DNA from: Streptosporangiaceae bacterium
Lineage (GTDB): Bacteria; Actinomycetota; Actinomycetes; Streptosporangiales; Streptosporangiaceae
Assembly: GCA_035532775.1 (NCBI GenBank)
Contig: DATKQH010000376.1
Coordinates: 4,507-68,506, forward strand
Direction: 5' to 3'
DNA: 64,000 nt
Below are positions 50,661-61,909 of this stretch, in pieces (position 1 is the first letter of the stretch; the number at the start of each line of letters is the position of its first letter). The notes beneath the pieces were generated by a model. The model made no database searches. It saw only the letters and a list, made by a program, of their open reading frames with translations, and was not told the origin of the DNA. A program made the position numbers and the translations under genes.

Positions 50661-50677
50661 GGCTGACCTGGTCAGCC
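50661..50677. promoter_or_regulatory. 8-1-8 perfect palindrome GGCTGACCTGGTCAGCC upstream of lutA
   Basis: Read directly. Lies 44-60 bp upstream of the lutA start, on the other strand. Confidence 0.3.
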
Positions 50678-50754
50678 CGGTGCCGACGGGGGAAGTGCGC
50701 AGCGAGCTTGGCCGCGGGAATGCCCGGCCCTGAGTTCCTGGAAAGTTTGACCGG

Positions 50755-52206
50755 TCACGCGACCACTGACCCCGCGTCGGCAGCGCTGCGCTGTTCGTCT
50801 GCCACGACGACCTCGCTGGCAACGTCGAGGTTCCGGCAGAGCAGGAGGTAGGCGATGGCGGCGACCGGGAATCCTATAGCCGGCGAGATATCGCCGCCGC
50901 CAAGCGACCGCGCTACCGGGCCAGTGTAGATTGTCGTGCTGAAAAATGGGAACATGGCAGCGAATCCGATGAAGTAGGCAGTGATTCCGCGCCAGCCCCA
51001 CGGCTTGTAGATGCCGTTCGGCTTGAATATCTCCAGGATCGCGTAGTTCCCCTTGCGGACGAAGAAAAAGTCGACGAGGTTGACCGCGGTCCATGGGATC
51101 ATGAAGTACAGCACTAGCAGCAGGAAGTTGTTGAACGAAGGCAGGAAGTTCGCGGGCAGTATGAAAGCGAGGACAGTGCCGGCGACGGTCACTACCATGA
51201 TCCCGACGAGTCGCTTGTTCAGGGTAGGCTTAATTGGCTTGATAACATCGATAGTCGCAAGGAAAGCGAGCGCCCCGCTGTACATGTTCATCGCGATTAC
51301 GGCAATCAGGCCGGGTACAGAGCACAGCAGAATGATGAACCCGAAACCGTGAAAGAGCTTGTCAGCCGTCGCATGCACGGCCGCGATCTCGCCAAGGGTC
51401 GGGTTGGGCGCCAAGATGAATGCGCCGAGCACCATGGGCCAGATCGCGCCGATGCCGCTGCCGGCATACGTCCACCAGAATGTCGCCCGGGTGGTGGTGG
51501 ACGCCGGCAGGTAGCGCGAGTATTCCGAGACATAAGGAGCCCAGGTCAGCTGGTAGCTCGTAGTCGCGCCCAGCTGGATGAGGAACGGTGTCAGCTTGAA
51601 TGCCCCGGCGCCGAGGGAGAGCTGCGCGGCGCTGAGATGGACGTTGACGAGCGCCGTGATCGTGAAGATGCCGTACATCGCGATGAAGAGGTACGTCGCC
51701 CAGCGCAGGCCCACGTGGATTAGTCTGTAGCCGACGATCGTCAGCGCCAGTGCCAATATGACGATGATCAGCGTCGCGATGGTGAAGTTGGCAGGAATAA
51801 CCTGCTGCACCGTCTGGCCACCGATGATCGTGTTGAAGATGTTGAATCCAATGAAGAGCAGCACCGCGATGACGACAGGCAGCAGTGAGCCGTAGTAGCC
51901 GAACTGGGGGCGTGACTGAATCATTTGCGGCAGCCCGAGTTTGGGACCCTGCGCGGAGTGGAATGCCATGAAGAGCGTTCCGATGAGCGATCCAAGAATG
52001 ATCGCTACCGCGGACCAGGCGAAATTCAGTCCGACGGACACGCCGAGGAGGCCTACCGCGAGGGTGGCCAGTTGCGCGTTACCCTGGAACCAGACTGGCC
52101 CTAGGTGCGCCACCCGGCCGTGCCGCGCGTTCGCCGGCACATAGTCGATCGAGCGGACCTCAAGGCGCGGCCCTGCCGATCTCGGGGGGCCCTGTGTTGT
52201 GCTCAT
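50755..52206 (-). CDS. NCS1 family purine-cytosine-type permease (second copy)
   Basis: 483 aa. SIDYVPANARHGR N-terminal motif and a multi-helix profile. Paralogous in layout to 41310-42740. Confidence 0.85.
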   Translation of the reverse strand: MSTTQGPPRSAGPRLEVRSIDYVPANARHGRVAHLGPVWFQGNAQLATLAVGLLGVSVGLNFAWSAVAIILGSLIGTLFMAFHSAQGPKLGLPQMIQSRPQFGYYGSLLPVVIAVLLFIGFNIFNTIIGGQTVQQVIPANFTIATLIIVILALALTIVGYRLIHVGLRWATYLFIAMYGIFTITALVNVHLSAAQLSLGAGAFKLTPFLIQLGATTSYQLTWAPYVSEYSRYLPASTTTRATFWWTYAGSGIGAIWPMVLGAFILAPNPTLGEIAAVHATADKLFHGFGFIILLCSVPGLIAVIAMNMYSGALAFLATIDVIKPIKPTLNKRLVGIMVVTVAGTVLAFILPANFLPSFNNFLLLVLYFMIPWTAVNLVDFFFVRKGNYAILEIFKPNGIYKPWGWRGITAYFIGFAAMFPFFSTTIYTGPVARSLGGGDISPAIGFPVAAIAYLLLCRNLDVASEVVVADEQRSAADAGSVVA

Positions 52207-52377
52207 CTTTGGCTCCGTCTGACGGGTTACGACAATGAGATCTGGCGACCAACCGCCCGTATGTCCCAGCGAGCGATGGCGCTAGAACCTTGGCACCGCG
52301 TTGCGCCTCGAAGGCCGCTCAAGATCCGTGTCACCGCAAGTTACGGTTTACGCTAGGGGTGAGCTGGCCGGCTGTCG

Positions 52378-52394
52378 TTGGCAAGCATTGCCAA
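52378..52394. promoter_or_regulatory. Perfect 7-3-7 palindrome TTGGCAAGCATTGCCAA; candidate operator between the PucR gene and the permease gene
   Basis: Read directly. About 170-190 bp upstream of the permease start (52206), in an AT-richer stretch. A neighbouring near-palindrome TTATTGTCGATAATA lies at 52408-52422. Confidence 0.45.
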
Positions 52395-52537
52395 ATATAA
52401 GGCCCAGTTATTGTCGATAATAGCCGGTGAAATGTCCGCCGGGCGCGCAAGGTCGTCTGCAGATCGAAGCACCTAGCTCGCCGGCCTGTGGTGCGCGCCG
52501 TACGGTTCGTCCACCATGGACGATCGGCTGGCCGCGT

Positions 52538-54259
52538 TCACAACAGTGCCCTGCGGGCGTCGTCGGAAATCTCGTGCATCCGCAAGATCTGCATGGCCAC
52601 GCCAACACGCAATACGGCCTGTGCGTCGTCCACGAACTCACCGAGGAGACGCTCCAGCTTGCCGACGCGATAGCGCATTGTGTTGTAGTGGTAATGCAGC
52701 AGGCGCGCCGATTCGGCGACGTTGATCTGGGTATCGAGCAGGACAGCGAGCGTTCTCAGCAGATCCGTGCGCGCCGGTTCCGGGAGGTCCAGTACCGGGC
52801 CGAGGGTGTCGCGGACGAACGAGCGGAGCTCAGCCTGGCTCACGCTGCTGATGAGCCGGTACAGGCCGAGCCCGCCGAAGCCGGTCACCGCACCGCTCCC
52901 AGTCAGCCGACGGCCAACCCGCAAAGCGACCCGGGCTTCCTCGTAGAGCCGGGGGATGCCTTCCGGACCGGCGCTGACCTGGCTCACTCCTACGGAGTAG
53001 ACGCGCCGGGTCGCGGCGGCCATGTCCGCCTGCACCTTCCGTGCCAGCGCCACCGGATCCTCGACGCCGACCACTGCCACGAGTTCGGTGGCGAATCCGG
53101 CCACCGCCGCGTGAGGGTCGCGTGCGCGGATGGCCGACGTCCACAATTCAACCGAGCGCACTGGTGCTGGCTCGCGCCGCCGGGCCGTCTCGTCAGCCGG
53201 TTCGGAGCCATCCCAATGCCTGCTAACCAGCACGGCTAGCGGGCGCCCCAGATCCCACCGGAAGCTGGCGGCGCGGGCGACCGAATCGTCGACGTCGGCC
53301 GGGGTGCTGGTGACCAGGTCATGCAGGACGTTGGAGGCGAACTGCTGCCCGACAGCGAGAACGGCGAGGTCACGGGTGATCTCGAGCGCGGCCACGAGGG
53401 CGGCCTGCTCAACTGCCGCACCGGCCACTGTGGGCAGGCCCTGCCTGTGCACGACCGCGAGCACGTACCCGTGCTGCATCGCACCCGCGCGGATCACCCC
53501 CACCGCCCACCTGGCTCCGGATTCGGCGTCCTCGTGCACGCCCGCGACAAGGCGTGAGGCGCTGACCAGGCCGCTGGAATCGGTGAATCCCATGTCGCTG
53601 AGGCGGTCCGGTCGCTTGGTCGTGGCGAGGGGACATCCTGCCGGGTCGCAGATGACGACATCCGCGCCCGGCAGGATCACCGCCAGCTCGTCAACGAGCT
53701 TCGCCAGCCCCCCGCCGGTCAGCGCGACCCCGAGAAACGCATCGTGGATTTCCTGCGTTTTCGCCAGCACCGCTGCCTGCCGGTTCACGATGGTCTCGAA
53801 GGCCTGGCTGAGTACATCGTCGAGCGGGGCGGTGCCCGGGATCACCACGATCGGGAAGCACGCGGCGTCTGCCAGCTCGACTACGGCGGCAGGCACTTCG
53901 GACAAGTACTCATCTAGCTTGACCCCCAGCCCGGCCAGGCCGTTCGCGGCCAGCTGGTCGACCAGGCGGCAGAACGCGGCCGGATCGCGGGGCAGCGGGT
54001 AGCCGGTGGTGAGCAGAAACTCTTCCTGCTTTGTCCACCGGACGATATTAGGAACCGTCATGACGTTAAGCCGCCGGATCAGCCGGCCGAGTCCTCCGGC
54101 GCCCGCGATGAGCTGAGCGCCCCGCATGGCCTCCTGGCCGAGCAGCTCGCGCACGGTCAGGGCATCATGCGGGACTTCAGTATCAACGCGGCGCTGATCG
54201 GGAGAAGTCACATTGCGAGCATAACCAGCGTCATCAGCACGCGAGGCAGACCAGCACAC
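52538..54259 (-). CDS. PucR family transcriptional regulator
   Basis: N-terminal LTVRELL...LIAGAGGLGR...EEFLLTTG and C-terminal HTH NVAESARLLHYHYNTMRYRVGKLERLLG. Confidence 0.85.
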   Translation of the reverse strand: MCWSASRADDAGYARNVTSPDQRRVDTEVPHDALTVRELLGQEAMRGAQLIAGAGGLGRLIRRLNVMTVPNIVRWTKQEEFLLTTGYPLPRDPAAFCRLVDQLAANGLAGLGVKLDEYLSEVPAAVVELADAACFPIVVIPGTAPLDDVLSQAFETIVNRQAAVLAKTQEIHDAFLGVALTGGGLAKLVDELAVILPGADVVICDPAGCPLATTKRPDRLSDMGFTDSSGLVSASRLVAGVHEDAESGARWAVGVIRAGAMQHGYVLAVVHRQGLPTVAGAAVEQAALVAALEITRDLAVLAVGQQFASNVLHDLVTSTPADVDDSVARAASFRWDLGRPLAVLVSRHWDGSEPADETARRREPAPVRSVELWTSAIRARDPHAAVAGFATELVAVVGVEDPVALARKVQADMAAATRRVYSVGVSQVSAGPEGIPRLYEEARVALRVGRRLTGSGAVTGFGGLGLYRLISSVSQAELRSFVRDTLGPVLDLPEPARTDLLRTLAVLLDTQINVAESARLLHYHYNTMRYRVGKLERLLGEFVDDAQAVLRVGVAMQILRMHEISDDARRALL

Positions 54260-54283
54260 CGCCAGCCGGCGGACGGGTCCAGC

Positions 54284-55264
54284 TCAGCCTGGGTGATCGC
54301 CGGGTTGAGCCGTGCAGGGGTCCTCGACCAGGCCGCGGGCCCAGGCGATGTCCTCTGCGGTCGGCTCTGGATCGGAATCCACGTCGAGCAGCTGCAGCGG
54401 GTTCTGCGTGATCATCTGCGTGACCTGCTCAAGTGGTACGCCCTTCTCGAAGACGGTCTGTGCGAAGATCCGGAGGGCCTCGGACGGCAGCGGGTTGTGC
54501 CGCTGGCCAGTGTCGGACACAAGCAGGCACCGTGATGCGCCGATGCGGGCGACACTCTCGGCGATCTTGTCCACCGTGGCATAATGCCACGCTGGCGATA
54601 CCGTGCAGTAGCCGAATTCGGGCATGGCGCCCAGCCTGGCCAGCTCCTCGAGGGTGTCGAGGTCGAGATCGGGTACCCGGAAATACGGGTGCGTGACGAC
54701 TATCTTCTCCACCCCGACCGATCTCGCCTCGCGCACCAGCGCGACGATCTCGCGCGGCGCCAGGTGGCAGGTGCCCAGGATTGCCTCATGCTCGGCGACG
54801 AGTTCGAGCACCTCCTTTACTCCCGGGCTCAGCTTGCCCTCCCGGTCGGCGACCCAGATGCCCTCTGCCTGGCTCCGGCCACCTTTCTGGGAGTCGTAGC
54901 CTCCCGTTCCGCCGTGCACCTCGGCGTGGTAACCCGCGTCCACGGTAGGCATCCACACCTCCTTGGCGCCCAGCCGCAGGGCAGCCTCGACCGCGGCCGG
55001 GTTGAGGCCGCCCACGTAGTTGTTGAGAACGATCCCGCCGTAGACCCGGATCCCGGGTACCACCCGCTGGACCAGGTAGGCACGGGACACGGTGCTCTCG
55101 TGGTGGCACTTGAGCAGGATTGCCTTCATCCCGGCGGTACGGGCAGCCCGCACGATGTCGAAGTCGTCGGCCAGCCGCGGAAACAGGTCAGGGAACGGGT
55201 GACAATGCAGATCCACGGCGCCGGAGATGTCGACCAGCGGTCCTCCGAAGGTGCGTCCAGTCAT
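54284..55264 (-). CDS. Amidohydrolase-fold (TIM-barrel metal hydrolase-like) protein, DUF6282-like
   Basis: DLHCHPFPD at the N-terminus, with later CHHES, GTCH and THPYF His-containing strands typical of PHP/amidohydrolase-like folds. The family name is from memory. Confidence 0.55.
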   Translation of the reverse strand: MTGRTFGGPLVDISGAVDLHCHPFPDLFPRLADDFDIVRAARTAGMKAILLKCHHESTVSRAYLVQRVVPGIRVYGGIVLNNYVGGLNPAAVEAALRLGAKEVWMPTVDAGYHAEVHGGTGGYDSQKGGRSQAEGIWVADREGKLSPGVKEVLELVAEHEAILGTCHLAPREIVALVREARSVGVEKIVVTHPYFRVPDLDLDTLEELARLGAMPEFGYCTVSPAWHYATVDKIAESVARIGASRCLLVSDTGQRHNPLPSEALRIFAQTVFEKGVPLEQVTQMITQNPLQLLDVDSDPEPTAEDIAWARGLVEDPCTAQPGDHPG

Positions 55265-55309
55265 GCTGTCCTCCTGTGTGTCGGTTGCGACGGGGCAGGG
55301 CCATCCCGA

Positions 55310-56362
55310 TCAGAATCCGGTGATGACAGAGAAACCGAGCGTCTCGTAGGTATCCATCGCGGTTAGCACGTCGTTCACTTTCTCTAGCGGCAGCGTCTCG
55401 CCGACGATACGAGCTGGCTGCAGTACGCCGATCTCCACCAGGCCGAGCAGGCCCGGGTAGTCGACGTGCGGGTTGCCGACACTGCCGACGATTTCGATCT
55501 CGCCCTCGATGATGTGATCGAGCGGCACCTGCACGTACCCCTGCTCCGCCTGGCTGGTCAGACCGATCTGGACGAGGCGACCACCCTTGCGCAAGGACAG
55601 CACCGCTGACTCGACCAGCGCTGCAGCCCCGATACCTCCGATCGCCAGGTCCGCGCCACCGCCGGTGAGTTCATTGACCGCGTCGACGACGTCCGTCCGC
55701 GCCGCGTTGATGGTGTGCAGCGCCCCCTCCGTCGTGGCCTTCTCCAGCTTGGCATCGGTCAGGTCGACTGCGATGACCCTGCCGCCAAGTGCGTGCGCGA
55801 TCTGTACGGCGGACAAGCCGATCCCGCCGGCACCGTGCACCACCACCCACTGTCCCGCGGCCAGCCGTCCTTGCTTGGTGACCGCATGGAAAGCGGTCAT
55901 ATAGCGGCAGCCGATCGCCGCTGCCGCGAGCGAATCGACCGCGTCGGGCAGTCGGATGCAGTTAAAGTCGGCATTGCGGATCACCGCGTACCGGGCGTAG
56001 CCGCCATCGTGCGTCAGCCCGAGGAATTGGAGATCGTCGCACAGGTTGGAGCGGCCGAGGAGGCAGTACCGGCAGCGCCCGCAGGACTCGTGGAACGGCG
56101 TGGTCACCCGTTCCCCGATCCGTACCGCCGATACTCCCGCACCAACTGCGACGACCGTTCCCCCCAGTTCGTGTCCCATCACCAGCGGCAGCGTCGGCGT
56201 CAGGCCCACCCAGCCCCAGTCACCGTTCCAGACGTGCCAGTCCGTCCGGCAGATGCCCTCAGCCTCCACCTCCACAACGACCTCGCCGGGATCCGGCGCG
56301 GGGTCAGGCAGATCCACCAGCTCGAGTGGCTTTCGCAGGCTGACGAGCCTCGCAGCTTTCAT
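55310..56362 (-). CDS. Zinc-dependent medium-chain alcohol dehydrogenase
   Basis: GICRTDWH, GHELGG, the structural-zinc CGRCRYCLLGRSNLC motif, and GAGGIG. Confidence 0.9.
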   Translation of the reverse strand: MKAARLVSLRKPLELVDLPDPAPDPGEVVVEVEAEGICRTDWHVWNGDWGWVGLTPTLPLVMGHELGGTVVAVGAGVSAVRIGERVTTPFHESCGRCRYCLLGRSNLCDDLQFLGLTHDGGYARYAVIRNADFNCIRLPDAVDSLAAAAIGCRYMTAFHAVTKQGRLAAGQWVVVHGAGGIGLSAVQIAHALGGRVIAVDLTDAKLEKATTEGALHTINAARTDVVDAVNELTGGGADLAIGGIGAAALVESAVLSLRKGGRLVQIGLTSQAEQGYVQVPLDHIIEGEIEIVGSVGNPHVDYPGLLGLVEIGVLQPARIVGETLPLEKVNDVLTAMDTYETLGFSVITGF

Positions 56363-56415
56363 GTGGCTGCCTCCAGATTCGGGTCGATGCGGCCGGCGGC
56401 TGGCCGGTGCCCGCG

Positions 56416-56559
56416 CTAGCGGGTCGCAGAGGCGGGATCCAGCATGTCGAATGATGCCCCGGAGACGGTACCCACCCAGGTGCCGCCCACGAGCATCTTC
56501 TGTTCCTGATCGAGAAGCTCGCGGACCGCCGCAGGCAGGGCAACCAGCGCCATCGACAT
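56416..56559 (-). pseudogene. 47-codon stub of an aldehyde dehydrogenase N-terminus (or a leader ORF derived from one)
   Basis: MSMALVALPAAVRELLDQEQKMLVGGTWVGTVSGASFDMLDPASATR then TAG. The (L)VGGxWV...G.xF...DPA pattern is the ALDH N-terminal block. A GAGGAG SD is retained. The ADH gene starts 54 bp downstream. Confidence 0.45.
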
Positions 56560-56855
56560 GCTCCTCGCGACGAGACCTGGCGAGCTTACGCCCTGCCGGT
56601 GGGGTTTCTTCGGGCCGAAATAACCTCTGATGGCCTGTCCCAGCCTAATTTGCGAGAGCCGGGAGGCAGTATGTTAACGATTGCCAATCTAACGCGCATT
56701 TTTTCGGCAGACTACAGTGACCGGTGAGACAGATGTGAGCGGAGGCAGTCAGCGCGATCACCGAGTCCGCCGCCGATGGCTGGAACGGGGGCACTGGGAG
56801 CGGGACCTCAGCGCGTGGCGGACGCCGCCCGCGCGGCGGCGGGTGCGGACCCGGC

Positions 56856-58064
56856 CTACCCGGACCGCTCGGGGCTGACCTGGCCGGGTACCGGGCGCCC
56901 GACGATCTGCTCCCATGCATGTGCGTCGGTGGCGCCCTCGGTGCACAGCAGGAGGACCGAGCTGCCCGAGTTCAGCCGGATAGCCTCCCGTATCGGCGCT
57001 CCCTCCGGCGTCTCGCAGACGGCGAGCAGACCGCCGAGGGCGGCCGCTCCAGTCTCTCCGGCGACGATCCCGGCTGTGGCGAGTGCCCGCATTGCCCTGC
57101 GGGCCCAGTCGTCTTCCATGGCCACCATGGCGTCCATGCCTGCCATGAGGAAGGGCCACGCGATCTGCGACGGCGTGCCGCAGTTGAGCCCGGCCATGAT
57201 CGAGGGGTGAGGGCCGGGCACAGTCACCAGGTGGCCTGCACGCAACGACTCCAGGACACATCTGGCTGAGCGTGGTTCCACGCCGAGAAGGAAGGGCGTG
57301 CGCGCTAGCCCCTCCGCCTTGAAGTGGTGCACGGCGGCCGCAGCGAGCGCGCCCACGCCGACCGGGACAACCACGAGGTCCGGCTCGCCCGCCCCGGCGG
57401 CAATGAGCTGATCGGAGACCTCGGCGAAGACGGTCGAGTACCCCTCGACGACCCAGGTCGGGGTGCGCGTGTAGCCCGGCCAGGACGTGTCGGAAACAAC
57501 GATGCAGTCCGCGCTGGCCTCCAATGCCGAACGGCGCACGGCTGCGTCATAGTCACCGACCACGACAGTCACCGTCGCGCCCTCGGATTCGATCGCCGCT
57601 ATCCGCTCCGCCACCGTCCCCGCTGGGACGTAAATGGCGGCGCTGAGACCCAGCAGCCGGGCCATCCGCGCCACCGCGCGACCGTGATTGCCGTCGGTCG
57701 CGGCGGCCAGGGTCAGCGGGCCGAGCACATGCAGCTCGGCGCGCAGATCGGCCACGCCAGCCCAGTCCACCTCGTGGCCGAGCCGTTCGATCAGCGTTCG
57801 GTAGACAGCGTAGGACGCACCGAGCATCTTGAAGGCCGGCAGCCCGAGCCGCCAGGTCTCGTCTTTCACCCACACTGCTCGCACGCCGAGTTCGGCGGCC
57901 AGGTCCGCGCAGCGGACCAAGGGCGTGGGAGCATAACCCGGCAGCCTGCGATGTATCTGCAAGGGCTCGCGGGTGCGGATGGCGCCAGGTACCTGCGGCT
58001 TAGCGGCGGCATTGACCAGCACCTCTGGCCGGCCCAGCCCTGTCACCCTCCTCGTGCTGGTCAT
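56856..58064 (-). CDS. Diaminopropionate ammonia-lyase-like PLP enzyme
   Basis: HRRLPGYAPTPLVRCADLAAELGVRAVWVKDETWRLGLPAFKMLGASYA is the DpaL-type N-terminal block with the PLP lysine. The start MTSTRR at 58064 was chosen over 58187, which overlaps the upstream gene. Confidence 0.75.
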   Translation of the reverse strand: MTSTRRVTGLGRPEVLVNAAAKPQVPGAIRTREPLQIHRRLPGYAPTPLVRCADLAAELGVRAVWVKDETWRLGLPAFKMLGASYAVYRTLIERLGHEVDWAGVADLRAELHVLGPLTLAAATDGNHGRAVARMARLLGLSAAIYVPAGTVAERIAAIESEGATVTVVVGDYDAAVRRSALEASADCIVVSDTSWPGYTRTPTWVVEGYSTVFAEVSDQLIAAGAGEPDLVVVPVGVGALAAAAVHHFKAEGLARTPFLLGVEPRSARCVLESLRAGHLVTVPGPHPSIMAGLNCGTPSQIAWPFLMAGMDAMVAMEDDWARRAMRALATAGIVAGETGAAALGGLLAVCETPEGAPIREAIRLNSGSSVLLLCTEGATDAHAWEQIVGRPVPGQVSPERSG

Positions 58065-58137
58065 CGGCCTTCCTGGACCATTCGAGGGTCGGGACCTTGC
58101 TGTACGCGACGGGGCACGCCCATGTGGTGAACCGTGG

Positions 58138-60494
58138 TCATGCCTGATCCTCCGCTTCGGCCCGGGACTGCTCATCGAGCATGGCAAGCACGCGCTCGGG
58201 GGTCATCGGCAGCTGAGTGGGCCGGACGCCGATGGCGTCCTGGATGGCGCTCGCGATGGTTGCAGCGACATTCCCGATCGGGGGCTCACCGATGCCCCGG
58301 GCTCCCAGCGGTCCCTTGCCCTCGCCGCTTTCGATGATGTCCGTCTGCACGTCGGGGAAGTCATACGAGTTAGGGATGAGGTAGCTGGAGAAGAGCGTCG
58401 ACTGGACGTATCCGTCCTTGATCCCGAGGTCCTCGGTGAGTGCGTAGCCCAGGCCCTGCATGGCACCACCTTGGATCTGGCCCTCCACTCGCATCGGATT
58501 GATGGCGCGGCCAACGTCATGGCAGGCCGCATAGCGCAGGACCGTGACCTGCCCGGTCTCGACGTCGACCTCGACGTCGGCCGCATGCGTGCCGTAGGTG
58601 TAATCAGGGAAGCTGTCGCCCTGCCCGGTGCGCGGGTTGAACGAGCCCGATTCGGCGCGCCATATCGACAGGTGCGAGGTGTGCACGCCGCGCCGCTCGC
58701 AGGATGCGGCGAGTTCAGCCAGGGTCAGGCTGACGCTGTCTGTTGCCCCGCCCGATCCGGGTGTCCGCCCCGGCCACACCCGGCCGTCGTCGAAGACGAG
58801 CTGGCCGGCCGGCACCCCCAGCAACTCAGCGGCAACCGGCGCGATCCGCTCGCGCAACTCGCGGGCAGCGTTAAGGACGGCATTGCCCGACATGAAGAGC
58901 TGGCGGGTGGCGAATGTGCCACCGGCCGGCGGGTTGAGTGCGCTGTCCCCGATGTAGATGCTGATGTCGTCCAGCGCGACCCCCAGAACTTCGGCGGCAA
59001 TCTGGCACAGGCTCGCTGCCTGGCCCGCCCCGAGATCAGTGATGCCGCTCCGGATCAGCAGTGTGCCGTCAGCCTGCAGGCTGAGCCAGGCCGAGGCCCG
59101 GTCCCGGAACCAGATGGTCCGGCCGTAAGGGTGCCGGTTGCACCCGATTCCCCGCCCGACCCGCTTTCCCCGGCCTGAAGGTGTGGACGGCTCACCGAGC
59201 ATCGCCAGGGCACGGTGCATCGACTGTCTCACTTCCACGCGGGTGGCCAGCCGTTCCCCGGTGGGGAGTAGGTCACCCTTGGCGAGGAAGTTGCACTCGC
59301 GGACCTGAGTTCGGGACAGGCCGAGCAACTCGGCGATCAGGTCCATCTGCGACTCGTAACCGAAGACCACTTGCATGGCGCCGAAGCCGCGGAAGGCGCT
59401 GGTTGGCATGTTGTTGGTGAAGATCGCGCGAGCGACGACGCTGACGTTGGCAACCCGGTACGGTCCGCAGGCCAGCGCCGCGCCGGCGAAGAGCACCCGT
59501 GGCGACAGGTAGGGATAGGCACCGGCGTCACCGAGGATCTCGACCTGCTGCGCGGTGATCGTGCCGTCGCTACGTGCGCCGGTCCGGTAGCGCATGATGA
59601 ACGGGTGCCGCTTGGTGCTGGCGAGCAATGACTCTTGGCGATCCCAGATCATTCGCACTGGCCGCCGCGTATGCCAGGCGAGGAGGGCAAGGTACGGCTC
59701 AACGGTCATGTCCTCCTTGCCGCCGAACCCGCCACCCATATAGGCGGCGATGACCCGTACCTTGCTCGCGGGCAGCCCCAGGATCTTCGCGATCGTCGCG
59801 GCGTGCTCGATGACCTGAGTCGAGACACGCAGTGTGACCACGCCGTTCTCCAGCCAGCCCACACCAGCCTCGGGCTCAAGGTAGGCGTGCTCTACGTGCT
59901 GGCTGGTGTACTCGCCCTCCACCACCACGTCCGAAGCGGCTAGCGCGGTGGTGGTGTCTCCACTATGAATCTCCCAGGTGACCAGGGTGTTGCCCGCCTC
60001 GTGAACCAGCGGCGCGCCGTCAGCCAGCGCCGCGTGCACATCGAAGACTCCAGGGAGATCGTCGTACTCCACCACCACCAGTTCTGCCGCCTCGTCCGCG
60101 ATTTGCTGGGTCACCGCCGCGATGAGCGCCACCGGCTCGCCGAGATAGCGCACGCGCTCAGTTGCGAGTACCGGCATCGCCACTTCTAGCTCGGCGAGGC
60201 CGCCACTGGCCAGCTCGACGATCCGGTTATTGGGGACATCAGCGGCGGTGATCACGGCAACCACGCCGGGCAGCGCGGATGCCTGCGTCACGTCAATGGA
60301 CAGGATGCGCGCGCTCGGCCTCTGGCCGCGTACCACCCTGCCATGCAGCATCCCCGGCAGCCGCCAATCGGCCGCGTAATGCAGCGACCCCTTTACCTTG
60401 TCGACGAAGTCGTGGTGTGCTGGCGATGTCCCGACCACGCGGTAGCCAGCGCCCTGCTGCTCTCCCCGGACCGGTTGCGGCTGCTGCACGACTG

Positions 60495-60498
<4 letters not shown>
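58138..60498 (-). CDS. Molybdopterin-binding large subunit of a xanthine dehydrogenase / aldehyde oxidase family hydroxylase
   Basis: 786 aa. Blocks GMLHGRVV, AYMGGGFGGK, AFRGFG and GIGEPP. ATGA overlap with the small subunit. Confidence 0.9.
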
Positions 60499-60994
<496 letters not shown>

Positions 60995-60998
<4 letters not shown>

Positions 60999-61876
60999 GC
61001 CGTCTCTCCCCTTGCCTTGTCGAATGCGTCGCGGAGCGCGCGAGCGCTGAGCACTTGCACCAGCCGCCGGCGATAGTCGCCGGACGCGTGCACGTCGCTG
61101 CTGGGATCGGCGCTCCGTGCTATCCCGGCAGCGACGTGGGCGAGGGTAACCTCGTCGGGTGCGATGCCGATCAGTTCCGCGACCAGTTCCGGTGCGGCAA
61201 GTACAACGCGGCCGGCGACCCCGGCCAGGGCCACGTGCGCCGCAGCGACAACGTCCGCCCGCTCGTCGAGCCTGATCCAGGCGGCCACGGCGACGATGGC
61301 GAAGTCAGACGTGCGCCGCACCATCTCGTGGAAGGACCAGCCCTGCCGCGGCCGGGTGACCCGGACCAGGACGTCGGTGATGACCTCCGGGTGCTCCAGC
61401 GCGGTCGTCAAGTAGGTGACGAACAGCTCGCGAACGGGAACGATCCGCTCCCCGTCGGGGCTGCGGACCACGGCTTGCGCGTCGAGGACGAGGGCGCAGG
61501 AGCTGATCTCCCCGGTCGGATCCGCGTGCGCGAGGCTGCCACCGATGGTGCCCCGGTTGCGGACCCTCACATTGCCCACGTGCCTGACAGCGTCAGCCAG
61601 AAGCGGACAGTACTGCCGCACGAGCGGGTGCTCCATCAAGATGCGGTGACGGGTCATGGCCGGGAGTCGGAGGACCTCACCCTCGATGACCGGTTCCCGC
61701 AGGTCGGCCCCATTGATGTCAATGAGCACGCTGGGCCGTGCTAGCCGCAGGTTGAGCATCGGCACCAGACTCTGGCCGCCGGCGATGATCACAGCCTCGT
61801 CGCCGAAGTGGGCGAGCTGCTGCACGGCGTCGTCGTAGCTGTGCACCGCAACGTAATCGAAAGGCGCGGAAACCAT
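60995..61876 (-). CDS. FAD-binding medium subunit of the molybdenum hydroxylase (CoxM/XdhB-like)
   Basis: IIAGGQSLVPMLNLR and RNRGTIGGSLAHADP motifs. 4-nt overlap with the small subunit. Confidence 0.9.
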
Positions 61877-61909
61877 CGATCCCCTTCCGGAACTCCTGCT
61901 AGCAGAGCC

